Shown here: piece after piece, positions 39,097 to 49,021 of the stretch
How the letters are laid out: every line of letters begins with the position of its first letter
How positions within the stretch are numbered: the first letter of the stretch is position 1
Origin: a candidate division FCPU426 bacterium
Lineage (GTDB): Bacteria; Oederibacteriota; Muellerivitia; Muellerivitales; Muellerivitaceae
Assembly: GCA_963847625.1 (NCBI GenBank)
Contig: CAWKAR010000014.1
Location: 1 to 60,567, forward strand
Direction: 5' to 3'
DNA: 60,567 bases
Translations under genes and position numbers: made by a program
Notes under the pieces: generated by a model
The model's database searches: none
What the model saw: the letters and a program-made list of their open reading frames with translations, nothing else
What the model was told of the DNA's origin: nothing

Positions 39097-39359
39097 TGCC
39101 AGAAAGTGCCGTAAAATGACAGGGTGTGACAAACTTTCTGTGCCAAATCTGTGCCACTGTTTTTTCGAATGCAACCCTTTATAGGTTGCGTAAAATCATT
39201 ATTTCACAAACCAAAAACTCAAAATTTTACTGTGCCACTTTTTCTTGGAGTGCAACCCTTCTAGGTTGCAACGAATCATAACAAATCTAGAATTTTTTAT
39301 AATTGAGTGTAACCGTATTAAGGTTGCATATGATTTCGATGTTCACACTTGTGCCACAG
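39097..39359. repeat. array of integrase arm-type (TG(C/A)C(A/G), TGTGCCA) and core-type (TGCAACC-N6/7-GGTTGC) sites
   Basis: TG(C/A)C(A/G) at 39097/107/117/127 (10-bp period); TGTGCCA at 39139, 39150, 39231, 39351; cores at 39170, 39251, 39308. Confidence 0.8.
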
Positions 39360-39536
39360 GAGAATGAAGAGAGTGATTTAAACCTGACCTTGTCGAACAA
39401 GAAAAACGGAGGAATTTTCATTGTTGTATATAAATTAAGGTTAGGAAACGGTTTCTTTATAGGGCAAAAATGATATTTGGTCGGCGTTTGTAGTTTGGTC
39501 TAATAATTTCTAATAGCCTTGAAAGGAGTTTAACCA

Positions 39537-39722
39537 ATGTCAGGGCGTAAAGTTATGGCGACTTTTTATGGAAAATACGCTAAGTACGAGGTAATTAAAC
39601 CTGAAAGTAGTGATTGGTCAAATCCGGGATTTTACATTTTCAGGGATGGCGAGCAAATTAGCGGCGGTTATGATTCGCTCGAAGCTGCTGTGGAGGAAGC
39701 GAAAAAATTAAGCGGGAATTAG
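39537..39722 (+). CDS. small hypothetical protein
   Basis: AAAGGAG RBS; 61 aa. Confidence 0.65.
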   Translation: MSGRKVMATFYGKYAKYEVIKPESSDWSNPGFYIFRDGEQISGGYDSLEAAVEEAKKLSGN

Positions 39723-40281
39723 ATCTGGTGATTCTATGGAGTTATAACTCGTCTGCAATGCGACGGATTTAGCGGGCTGATGGTGTCCAACATGGACCAC
39801 GGTTCAGGGTGATTATTTTCGCATTGATGTTACGGTGCGTATTACGGCATACGATGTTCATCGACCAAAGGCGATTTTTAAAACAAATATTTCTGTATCT
39901 GACATTTGTGGGAACAATAATATTTTTCCCATTGGTGGGATATTTGGAGAAGGGGATGTTAGAAAAGAACTTGCTACAGAAGTCATAAATATTGTTAATA
40001 AATCAATAAAATAGTAATTTAGAGGAAAAAATGAATTTGTGAAGCTGATAACAGCCTGTAGTGTCTTTGTGCATTTCTATCAGCATTTCTCGTTTTTAGG
40101 AAAGTCCAGAATCTTATACATTCCCTCCAGTATCGTCCTTTTGTGCCGCCGGTATTTGTCCTTGTAAATCCCAAAGTTGATTTGCATGGATTTTCCACCG
40201 TCTTGAATGCTGTTATCATATTTCGAGCATTTAGAAGTGGGAGTTTTTCAGAGGTTAAAAATATTTAGTGGAGCGAAATAA

Positions 40282-41244
40282 ATGCTTTCTTTGCGGCCTA
40301 TGCGAACAATCGAATTTCCAATAATTCCAGGCTACTATCGATCATACGCAGTTAGTGCGGAAATTAAAATACAATCGGGAGTTTTTAAGAAGGTTAAATG
40401 TGCCAGCATTATTGACCATATTGATCAATGGCCAATAATTTCACCCGCCATTCTTAAACGTCTCGGCAGTCCGCGAGTAGGTAAAGTTTTTAAATGGACT
40501 GAAGATTGGGGACCAACGGGTGAGTTAGTGTTAAAACTTTCAATCCGGATTAATCGTAAAAATGACAATCTATCTACATCGTTTTTCGCTAGAGTTGGAA
40601 AGACACAAAAAGGATACGACTTGATTCTGCCTGACTCGGTTCTTTATTCGTTAGGGGATTGCATGTGCAATGATAAAAGTCTTTGCCTTGGATATCCAAA
40701 AACTTATTTATGGTCCAGTACTTCTTTGGACGAATTATCAAAAAAGGCTGTTCTTATTCTCGGTAATGATACGGAGCCTCATTTAAGTATTTTGAGGCTC
40801 ATTGAAACAACTATTAATCAATTGCGTCCGTTTCAAGGTTGGCTTCTTAAGGACTATGCTGACCAACCATCTCACAACCTTATTCGAAAATTGCTTGCAA
40901 TGGCTTCTAGTAGTTCATTTACGATAATTGAAGATTCGAAACCGGGTGGTCAACTACTAGAACTAGGTGTGCTTGGCTCGCTTCCTTTTCCTATTGCTGT
41001 ATTAAGAAATAAAAATTCCAACTCATCGTGGATGGTCGACCCACTTATGGAAAATAAAAATTTTCGTAAAGTTTTTTATTACGATTTAAAAAAGGATCCT
41101 CTTACTTTAATAAAAGCAGTTGGTCAATCATTTACTTGGGCGAGGAACATTATTGTTGATAAGGCGCAACATCTTAACTTAACCTACCCTTGGCGTGATG
41201 TTGATTTTAAATTGTGGAATGAATTTGGTGACGTTGATAGATAA
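40282..41244 (+). CDS. hypothetical protein: degenerate retropepsin-like N-terminal domain plus NDT/TIR-like C-terminal domain
   Basis: IIDHIDQWPIISPAILKRLG...YDLILPDSVL; AVLILG...FTIIEDSKPGGQLLELGVL; AT-rich; domain calls by eye. Confidence 0.55.
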   Translation: MLSLRPMRTIEFPIIPGYYRSYAVSAEIKIQSGVFKKVKCASIIDHIDQWPIISPAILKRLGSPRVGKVFKWTEDWGPTGELVLKLSIRINRKNDNLSTSFFARVGKTQKGYDLILPDSVLYSLGDCMCNDKSLCLGYPKTYLWSSTSLDELSKKAVLILGNDTEPHLSILRLIETTINQLRPFQGWLLKDYADQPSHNLIRKLLAMASSSSFTIIEDSKPGGQLLELGVLGSLPFPIAVLRNKNSNSSWMVDPLMENKNFRKVFYYDLKKDPLTLIKAVGQSFTWARNIIVDKAQHLNLTYPWRDVDFKLWNEFGDVDR

Positions 41245-41307
41245 GTGTTAAAAATGCATGAATTTGAGGGTTCAGAAAAAAATCGTGGTAACTTTAATTC
41301 TTTGGTG

Positions 41308-41397
41308 TGCAACCTAAGGAAGGTTGTGCGCTAACCTGTATACGTTTCCCTGTAACGGTTTTAAAAAAAGAAATTTCACTGGCACAGATTTGGCACA
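41308..41397. repeat. att-like core plus inverted arm site closing the cargo
   Basis: TGCAACC-TAAGGAA-GGTTG at 41308; TGGCACAGATTTGGCACA (41380-97) is the exact reverse complement of 39139-56. Confidence 0.8.
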
Positions 41398-41475
41398 ATA
41401 CTCTTTCGAAAAATATATTTATTTTCTTTCGCTTTAATTGTTCATTCGAAAATTCCATCCTAGAATTACCGCATC

Positions 41476-43341
41476 ATGTCCTTTTTCAAATCCGTCGAGA
41501 AACACACCCCTACTGTACTGGTCGGATTTGCCGTCTATTCTGGCGTTAAATTCACTCTGGAAGTTCTTGGCGTCATCTCTCCATCGGTAACCCCCTTTGA
41601 CACCCTTTCGGCCCTTTCCGTTGGTTTCCTCTTCATGTTTGAGAAGCATGTCCGTATTGACCACCTCTTGGCTTTTGCCCCCGCCGTTATAGCCCTGGCT
41701 TTTTGCCATGACTTTTTCGGGGTTTTCCTGGGAAACGAGGGGTTCACGGGGGACGTGGTAATGGGCCTTTCCATCCTGATCGGTTTTTGCATTTATTTCA
41801 TCCATTTTTACATGCGGCATACAACGGAACACCAGGGTGTGTCGCCAACCCATGAAGGAGGGAAATTTTCGCTTTACCTGGACGAAGAAAACAAGTTTTT
41901 CATCCCCGCCGAACTTCTCAAGTACCACACGGAGGTTATTGGATCTTCCGGAATGGGCAAAACCAACATCTTCAACCACATGATCGAGCAGGGGATCAGG
42001 AACGGCTTGGGTATGTTTGTTTTCGACGCCAAATCCAACTACAACAAGCACATCCCCTATTACGCCCAGAAATATGGACGTCTCCACGATTTAAAGTATT
42101 TCGACTTAGCTGACATAAAACGTAGCCAGACCTACAACCCAGACTTCAAAGACAAACCAGATGAGGTCTTTAACGGTCTGATGAAGTCGATCTTTTATGG
42201 TCCTGTAACCCAGGAATATTACCGGGACCAAGCCAGCGACGTTTTGAGCAACTTAACGAATCTTCTTTTTATGGAATTCAAGCACGTTACCCGGATGGAT
42301 TACCAGAACCTGATATCCAACGAGATCAGGTCTTTTGACACAATCAAAGTATTGGCTAAGAAACATGAGGACACCGTCTCGGGAAAATACTTTTTGGAGA
42401 AGTGGGTCAATATGTCGGAGAAGGACCGGGAATTGAACCTTTCGGGCCTGACTAGCAAACTTGCCCGGTTCACAAATAGGGAATGGTCACCTCTTATCAA
42501 TACCCTGAACCCAGATATCAAGATGAAGGACGTGGTTGAGAAACAACAGATATTCCTATTTGGGACCTCTTCCCTGGTGAACCAGGAAGACTCTAAACCG
42601 GTCATTATTTCGGCCCTAATAGACCTGGCGGGGGTAATAGGGAGGCGGTTAATTGAGAAGCCGGAAAGACCCTTTTTCGTGTTTTTGGACGAGTTCTATA
42701 CCGCTGCATATCCCGGCCTAAACGACCTTATTTCCCTTGGTCGGGAAGCCAATGTTTGCTTCTTCCTGGCCCATCACAGTCTGGGCCAACTGGGGGCAGT
42801 CAGCCAGGAATTCAAGGACGATATCCTTACCAACACTAATCACAAGATCGTGATGAACATCACCGAAAAAGACACAGTGGATTTTTTTGCCGCCATATTC
42901 GGAACCAAAGTCACCATGAAGGACGTTTTATCCTATGACACCCGAGTACCCCAACCCAGGGGGAAGACCGTGAAACCGGATGAGGAATTCATCATCCATC
43001 CCAATTATTTAAGGGGAATGAAACGTGGGGAAGCAGTATGCAGAATCGTCTATGTCTCAGGGCCGAAAGTTTTCAAGATGAAGCTTAAGGAAGTCAAACC
43101 TCCACCCCGAGAATTTGATTATGTGGGCTGTGTTCCTATAAGGGATAACCACAAAAAATCAAATCAATACAACAAAATCGATTTACCAAAAGTCGAGACA
43201 CCCTCGAAAACGACCCCTAAAAATGTTGAAGCAAAAAAACCGCCCAAAGAAATCCAAAAAGAAGAACCTAAAACTGACGCGGAATTATTATCCAAGGGGG
43301 AGGTTTATTCTAAAAAACTAGGGAAAGGAGAAGTTCATTGA
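41476..43341 (+). CDS. virD4: type IV coupling protein (VirD4/TraD/TrwB-like)
   Basis: N-terminal TMs; HTEVIGSSGMGKT Walker A, VFDAK, FLDEF Walker B, GREANV. Confidence 0.9.
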   Translation: MSFFKSVEKHTPTVLVGFAVYSGVKFTLEVLGVISPSVTPFDTLSALSVGFLFMFEKHVRIDHLLAFAPAVIALAFCHDFFGVFLGNEGFTGDVVMGLSILIGFCIYFIHFYMRHTTEHQGVSPTHEGGKFSLYLDEENKFFIPAELLKYHTEVIGSSGMGKTNIFNHMIEQGIRNGLGMFVFDAKSNYNKHIPYYAQKYGRLHDLKYFDLADIKRSQTYNPDFKDKPDEVFNGLMKSIFYGPVTQEYYRDQASDVLSNLTNLLFMEFKHVTRMDYQNLISNEIRSFDTIKVLAKKHEDTVSGKYFLEKWVNMSEKDRELNLSGLTSKLARFTNREWSPLINTLNPDIKMKDVVEKQQIFLFGTSSLVNQEDSKPVIISALIDLAGVIGRRLIEKPERPFFVFLDEFYTAAYPGLNDLISLGREANVCFFLAHHSLGQLGAVSQEFKDDILTNTNHKIVMNITEKDTVDFFAAIFGTKVTMKDVLSYDTRVPQPRGKTVKPDEEFIIHPNYLRGMKRGEAVCRIVYVSGPKVFKMKLKEVKPPPREFDYVGCVPIRDNHKKSNQYNKIDLPKVETPSKTTPKNVEAKKPPKEIQKEEPKTDAELLSKGEVYSKKLGKGEVH

Positions 43342-44147
43342 GGGGCCTGAAAGAAATGACTGGAATTGAAATTGAACATCTGGCATGGATTCATTCCAAT
43401 AAATTTACAACTCCAGAATTGTTTCATCTGAAGTTCCTTCCTAATCAGAGTTCCAGGAACGCCTACAAAATTCTAAAAAAATACACCAGCTTGGAAAGAG
43501 ACCTTTTACACGTTTTTAAGACACCAGTAGGAAACAGTAACCTTTTCTTCTTAACTGCGGGGGCCTTGAGAACGTTGGATGAAAATAACAAAATTTTAGT
43601 TCGATCCAACAAGTATCCAATCAAGATCAACACTCATGAGAAAGAGCACGACCTAATGGTTCAGACAATCCGAATAACATTCGAATCTTTGGATGAACTT
43701 GGGGATATTTTTTGGGTTTCAGATTTTGAGATGCGGTCAGGAATTACACCTTCAATTAAGGCGGAATACCTGGAAGGGAAGTTGAATAAGGAAAGATGGC
43801 GCTCTAATGGGGCCAATCCGAATCCAAAAGGAAGAAGAACACCGGATGGATATTTTGAGGCAGACATGGAAGGCCGAAGAATCTCTTTCACACTTGAGCT
43901 TGAGAACCATCATTACAATGAAACAATTCTTCAAAGGATGATCGATAATTTAAAAAACGGCTTTCCTCGCGCCCTCAAACTAATCGTTTCCGCAACACCC
44001 GGAAATGCTGTCCGGATGATCCGTTCCCTTCAAACTAGAATTAAACCCGATGAACAGCAACAGTGGTTCGTTTCCGATTTTGAGAGGGTAACCACCAAAC
44101 CGTTTAAAAAATGCTGGCACCAATTGAATAAATCATTAGCGGAATAG
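43338..44147 (+). CDS. replication-relaxation family protein (putative relaxase)
   Basis: N-terminal wHTH (FFLTAGAL), HDLMV, RTPDGYF...LELE PD-(D/E)xK-like motif; coupled to virD4. Confidence 0.65.
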   Translation: MRGLKEMTGIEIEHLAWIHSNKFTTPELFHLKFLPNQSSRNAYKILKKYTSLERDLLHVFKTPVGNSNLFFLTAGALRTLDENNKILVRSNKYPIKINTHEKEHDLMVQTIRITFESLDELGDIFWVSDFEMRSGITPSIKAEYLEGKLNKERWRSNGANPNPKGRRTPDGYFEADMEGRRISFTLELENHHYNETILQRMIDNLKNGFPRALKLIVSATPGNAVRMIRSLQTRIKPDEQQQWFVSDFERVTTKPFKKCWHQLNKSLAE

Positions 44148-44169
44148 TCGAAATATCGAAAAACGGCCC

Positions 44170-44198
44170 TTGAAATAGTGTCAACCATAGGCGACAAT
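44170..44198 (+). promoter_or_regulatory. sigma70-like promoter with overlapping palindromic operator for the TA pair
   Basis: TTGAAA-N17-GACAAT; TGTC-N10-GACA palindrome. Confidence 0.55.
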
Positions 44199-44213
44199 TA
44201 AAAGGAGAGGTAA

Positions 44214-44564
44214 TTGGAAACAACACCTTTTGAATTAAAGGATTATGAAACGCCGGATGGACGATGCCCTTACCAGGAATGGTATTCGGAGTTAATTAAA
44301 AAAGACCTAAGGTCTGCAACCGCTTTAGAAAATAGGGTTAGGCGGTTAGAAAATGGCTTGCTTGGGGATTATGACGACGTTCAGGACGGTATCCTTGAAC
44401 TCAGAATTCATGTAGGCCAAGGTTTTCGCATATATGTCCGTAGGATTGGTAGAACCATGATGCTTTTGCTTTCCGGCGGGGAAAAGAAAACCCAGGACCA
44501 AGATGTTAAAAAAGCCAAGGAATATTGGAACGAATTTAAAAGTAGAAATAAAGGAGTAAAGTGA
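44214..44564 (+). CDS. type II TA toxin, RelE/HigB-like (addiction module killer)
   Basis: YETPDGRCPYQEWY, RLENGLLGD, ELRIHVGQGFRIY, LLLSGGEKKTQDQD. Confidence 0.9.
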   Translation: METTPFELKDYETPDGRCPYQEWYSELIKKDLRSATALENRVRRLENGLLGDYDDVQDGILELRIHVGQGFRIYVRRIGRTMMLLLSGGEKKTQDQDVKKAKEYWNEFKSRNKGVK

Positions 44565-44863
44565 TGAAAGGCATTAGAGACCATAAATCAGCGATCATTG
44601 AACATTTAAAAACCAATGAGAACTTTCGAAAAGCTTACCTAAATGAAGCCCTTAACGAGGATGAACCTGCGGTTGTTCTTTCTATGCTTCGCGACATCGT
44701 AGATGCGACTAGGGGGTTCACAAAACTTGCAAAAGAAACAGGCTTGGCTAGGCAAAGTCTTTATAAAGTCTTGTCTGAAAAAGGGAATCCTGAATTTGGA
44801 AGTGTTTGGAAGATCGTCCGCATATTGCGGAAAAAGAATCAAGCTTTGGTGAATGCTCGGTAA
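44561..44863 (+). CDS. addiction module antidote (HTH antitoxin)
   Basis: AYLNEAL, GFTKLAKETGLARQSLYKVLSEKGNP.F. Confidence 0.9.
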   Translation: MMKGIRDHKSAIIEHLKTNENFRKAYLNEALNEDEPAVVLSMLRDIVDATRGFTKLAKETGLARQSLYKVLSEKGNPEFGSVWKIVRILRKKNQALVNAR

Positions 44864-44867
44864 AATT

Positions 44868-46793
44868 TCATTTACCACCGTGTGGAAGGCTTTCTAAAAT
44901 GTTTTGAGCCGAAGGATTGCTCGGATCGTTTTTCAAGACACGTTCCAAGCATAGTCTGGCTTCGTCGTACCGTTTAGCTAAGTAATAAAAGACGCCGAGT
45001 TTGTAGTAAAGGTCGAAATATTTCCCGCCTGATAGATTTAATGCTTCCAAGAAAAATGCCTCGGCAGTTTGAGGATGGTTTTCCAATAAAAAAAAAGTCC
45101 CCATATTTGAAATCCCGATGGGATAATTCGCCCGCGTGTAAAAACCCTTCAATAAAAAATCCCATATAGTGGGTTCGGGAAGTTTGATGAATTCAGTTGC
45201 CCTTTCCAGGACCTGATTCTGGATATTGTATTCGGCCATAATTCTGGAATCGTCAAGGGCTGGCACTTGAGGCGCGTAACCTTTCTTCAAATAAATTACG
45301 GTATTCTCATCCAAGTAAACCGGTCGCCAATCATTGTTATTTTGGAGATCAGAGACCCAACTCGTGGACATAGCTGGATTGAAAAATAAAATATTTGCGG
45401 AATTTTGGTCCGCCAAGGATGTTATTTTTCCTGTGTACTGGGTAGAAATGTATTCCGCGAATAGGTTCTCGCCCATTACCTCAAGACGGCCATCGATAAA
45501 TACCTTTTGAGGACCTTTCCAGTCCAACCAGCCTCCCGGATTCAAAGCATTTAATATCCTTCCATCTAAATGGTTTTGAATAAGGAAATCAGTGGCTCGA
45601 ACGGGTTGACTTTCATCGTTCACTCCCAGGCCGAACCGTTCGGTCCGGCGGTCGTCCACATAATAGGCGTTTGTGATGACCCGCAAACCTAGACCCGAAA
45701 GTAGGGTTATTAGGATCAACGCAACCCATGATCGGGATAGAATCACTTCTGTTATTTTGCGTAACCATGCCCATTCCAGGTCCTTTAAACAAGCGGCCGT
45801 TATGGGCAGGCAAATGAGAATGAAAAGCGGAATGTTTCGAACGGCATTCGCCGATAAATAAAAGAAAATAGCGACTAGGAAAAACTCGTGTATTTTCCGT
45901 TTCTTCCAGGTGATCAAGATCAAAAACAATAAAAGGAAACTGAATAGTTTATAACCCCATAACTGGGCAAACGGCATAATGGGAATGTCGTATTGGACCC
46001 AAGGGGACATGAATTCATTTATATTTGAATGGAAAAGTTTAGTGTGAAGTGTCTGCCAAAGTTGGAACGGGAATAATATCCCCCGGAAAAAATATGGGTT
46101 TAACAGGCATAAAACCATAGCTAGGCCCGAAAACCGCCCCAACTTCGAATCTGCCCGGCGTTGATGGAAGATACCAGAAACCAAATAAACAATCATCAAT
46201 CCCCAACCCAGGATAAATAAACCTTCCATGTTGGCCCAAACAACCTGGAGGATTGGAAGAAGGTAAAGAAAATCCCTTTTCCGGGCCGTTCTTTGCTCCA
46301 ATGCCAAAAGCATAACACTCATAAGCAACCAACTAACGATTTCAGGCCGAACCTGAAAACGAATTTCACATTCCCATATAGCCCATGCAAACAATAGTGT
46401 GGATATCCATGTAGGCGTCCCGGTTAATCGAAGACGTGCCCATAGAAATGAAAAGACCGCGATTATTAAAACAACATTAAATAATGTAAGTAGAGAATAG
46501 CTGCCGGAAATAAAGAGCAAGTAAAGAACGACTTGATAAAGCCAATGGCCATCAACATAATCGTGATCGGGAACTGTGTAGGTGAAGGTATCCTTTGCGG
46601 GGAAACTATGATTTTGAAGTATCCACTGGCCACTCCTAAGGTGAAAACCTAAATCCAAGTCTTGAATGGTATGTGCGCTTAATAGGACCAGTAGGAGGAA
46701 ACAAGAAATAAGTGCCCAGGACCAAGGATTGATAAAAAAAGATCGGATTGAGGCCGAAAGAGGACGGGTTTGTAGGGAAGATTGAGTTGACAT
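44868..46793 (-). CDS. polytopic membrane protein with C-terminal TPR (GT-C glycosyltransferase-like)
   Basis: DLDLGFHLRSGQWI, RPEIVS, WANMEGLF, VFIDGRLE; many TM segments; TPR tail; start uncertain (ORF opens at 46892). Confidence 0.7.
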   Translation of the reverse strand: MSTQSSLQTRPLSASIRSFFINPWSWALISCFLLLVLLSAHTIQDLDLGFHLRSGQWILQNHSFPAKDTFTYTVPDHDYVDGHWLYQVVLYLLFISGSYSLLTLFNVVLIIAVFSFLWARLRLTGTPTWISTLLFAWAIWECEIRFQVRPEIVSWLLMSVMLLALEQRTARKRDFLYLLPILQVVWANMEGLFILGWGLMIVYLVSGIFHQRRADSKLGRFSGLAMVLCLLNPYFFRGILFPFQLWQTLHTKLFHSNINEFMSPWVQYDIPIMPFAQLWGYKLFSFLLLFLILITWKKRKIHEFFLVAIFFYLSANAVRNIPLFILICLPITAACLKDLEWAWLRKITEVILSRSWVALILITLLSGLGLRVITNAYYVDDRRTERFGLGVNDESQPVRATDFLIQNHLDGRILNALNPGGWLDWKGPQKVFIDGRLEVMGENLFAEYISTQYTGKITSLADQNSANILFFNPAMSTSWVSDLQNNNDWRPVYLDENTVIYLKKGYAPQVPALDDSRIMAEYNIQNQVLERATEFIKLPEPTIWDFLLKGFYTRANYPIGISNMGTFFLLENHPQTAEAFFLEALNLSGGKYFDLYYKLGVFYYLAKRYDEARLCLERVLKNDPSNPSAQNILESLPHGGK

Positions 46794-47125
46794 GAGGTGG
46801 ATTATAACAAACGTTCCATATTTCAAATGGAGAAGAGATATTGAACTAGGGAGACCAATCAACAACCTTCTAAAAGCCCGTTTTAAATCCATCTATTATC
46901 GATATTGGGTCAATTTGAAAGAACATGTTATGATTTTTGGGGATTAAAAAAGAATCAACCTTTGGTTCACGCCCGGTAAAATTTCATAAAAGGGTTTGGA
47001 GTCAAATATGTTGCTATTTCGATATAGCGTTTAACCGTTGAAACCAAATTTTCAAATAGACAATGAATATTCTTTAATGTATTAACCGTAGTGTTTTTAT
47101 TGAATTTCTTACTTGGTGGGTTCAT

Positions 47126-47335
47126 ATGGAAGAATTCATATTTGAGCACGCAAAAACCGGTAATAGATCCAAAATTAAAGCCGTTAATTCAGATGACGCC
47201 CTAATCCTTTGTTTCAAGATAAATGGTTGGAAGGGAACCGAGATTCTTTACCTAGGCCGTGCCGCCGTCGTTGAAAACCCCGCATTTTTAAAATACAGGG
47301 ACGAAATACATTACATTCCCGGAAGTAATTTCTAA
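47126..47335 (+). CDS. small hypothetical protein
   Basis: 69 aa with ATG and GGTGG RBS-like sequence. Confidence 0.4.
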   Translation: MEEFIFEHAKTGNRSKIKAVNSDDALILCFKINGWKGTEILYLGRAAVVENPAFLKYRDEIHYIPGSNF

Positions 47336-47560
47336 AAAATTGCCCAAATTCAGGAAATCTTTTTTTCAAGAAAGATACCCTTTTGAAGCGTAAAAACAGG
47401 AGGAGTAATATAATAAAGTGACAAATATAAGAGACGATTTATCCGAAAAATAACAGTAACTAACAAAACCATAGAAAAATATGAGTAAAAATTGGGAATA
47501 AAAACACGCCATATACCACTATATAGCAGAGATCAAGTCGTTTCCGTTTGGAGGCGTAAA

Positions 47561-48658
47561 ATGAGAATTAAAAATTTCAGGATTGTAGGAATTTTATTCG
47601 CAATATTTGTTTTGCCAATAGCTTGCCAACGTTACCTTCCTACCGCACCCAAGCCTAAGGGAATAACCACACCTAATGGGGGCGTCGTATCGACCCTAGC
47701 AGGTTCAGCAGGAGTCAGTGCTTTTGCCAACGGGACTGGAACCGCTGCGGCATTTTGTGGCCCCGCTGGTTTAGGGGTTGATTCCTCCGGGAATGTTTAT
47801 GTTGCGGATACTAACGACGATCTGATTCGTGAAATTACCCCCGGGGGTGTTGTGTCAACTTTGGCAGGGACGTTAACTGTTTGCGGGTCTATCAATGGTA
47901 CCGGGCCATCCGCATCATTTTGTGGTCCCCTTGGAGTCGCAGTGGATTCGTCCGGGAATATTTATGTTGCGGATACTTGGAATTATTTGGTCAGGGAAAT
48001 TACCTCTGGAGGTGTTGTATCAACTTTGGCAGGGTCGGCAGGAGTAACTGGGGCCACCAACGGTACGGGGACAGGAGCATCTTTCTTTGTTCCTACTGGT
48101 GTTGCGGTAGATTCTTCCGGGAATCTTTATATTGCTGATATGGATAACCAATTAATCAGGAAAATTTTCCCAGGTGGCGTGGTAACGACATTGGCAGGGT
48201 CGGCAGGAGTAACTGGGGCTACCAACGGTACGGGGACAGCCGCATTGTTTTGTTATCCGTCTGGAGTCGCGGTTGATTCCTCCGGGAATGTTTACGTCGC
48301 GGATAGTGGAAATAATTTGATTCGTGAAATTACACCCGGGGGGGTTGTTTCTACCCTGGCTGGGTCGGCAGGAGTTACTGGGGCCACTAACGGAACGGGG
48401 AACGGCGCACTGTTCTATGGTCCTTCAGGAGTTGCTGTCGATTCATCCGGGAATGTTTACGTCGCGGATAGCGGAAATAATTTGATTCGTGAAATTACCC
48501 CCGGAGGGGTTGTTTCAACCCTGGCTGGGTCTGGGTCTATAGGTTCATCAAATGGGACAGGAACCGCTGCATCATTTAGCAATCCTTATGGTATTGCAGT
48601 AGGTTCATCTGGAATTGTTTATGTCTCGGATGCTTGTCTGATTCGTGAAATTCAATAG
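47561..48658 (+). CDS. NHL-repeat beta-propeller lipoprotein
   Basis: Lipobox PIAC; six [21 protein letters not shown] repeats; GGAGG RBS. Confidence 0.9.
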   Translation: MRIKNFRIVGILFAIFVLPIACQRYLPTAPKPKGITTPNGGVVSTLAGSAGVSAFANGTGTAAAFCGPAGLGVDSSGNVYVADTNDDLIREITPGGVVSTLAGTLTVCGSINGTGPSASFCGPLGVAVDSSGNIYVADTWNYLVREITSGGVVSTLAGSAGVTGATNGTGTGASFFVPTGVAVDSSGNLYIADMDNQLIRKIFPGGVVTTLAGSAGVTGATNGTGTAALFCYPSGVAVDSSGNVYVADSGNNLIREITPGGVVSTLAGSAGVTGATNGTGNGALFYGPSGVAVDSSGNVYVADSGNNLIREITPGGVVSTLAGSGSIGSSNGTGTAASFSNPYGIAVGSSGIVYVSDACLIREIQ

Positions 48659-49021
48659 TTTTTAAATACATACCTGATTGAATCGTTAAACCCTCAAATT
48701 CTTTTCTTTAAAGATTTTTACTTCTACATAAACTGCACAATAATGGACTTTATTAAGCTCATTAAAGCAATATCACGCTCCTTTTTCTGCACTAATAGTG
48801 GCTCCCCTAAAAATCCTATCTTGTTAAGCGGTTACCATTCGCATTGATTTATTTTTCTCCAACAACTTTTGATGAATACTAGAAAAATTGGCTTTTTGTT
48901 CCAAACCAGTAAAAACGTTAAAACTAAATTTTATATTATTTGTTTTGCTTTTATTTTTTTCGGGTCTAGTATTTTGTCCGGATAGGTTTTCCCCTATTGT
49001 TCTAGGTCGTTGGAGGTAGAT

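Noticed and set aside
37653..41397. Classical integron
   Set aside because: No IntI-specific insertion recognised and no attC sites (RYYYAAC...GTTRRRY with long imperfect stems) seen; the sites resemble lambda-type core and arm sites.
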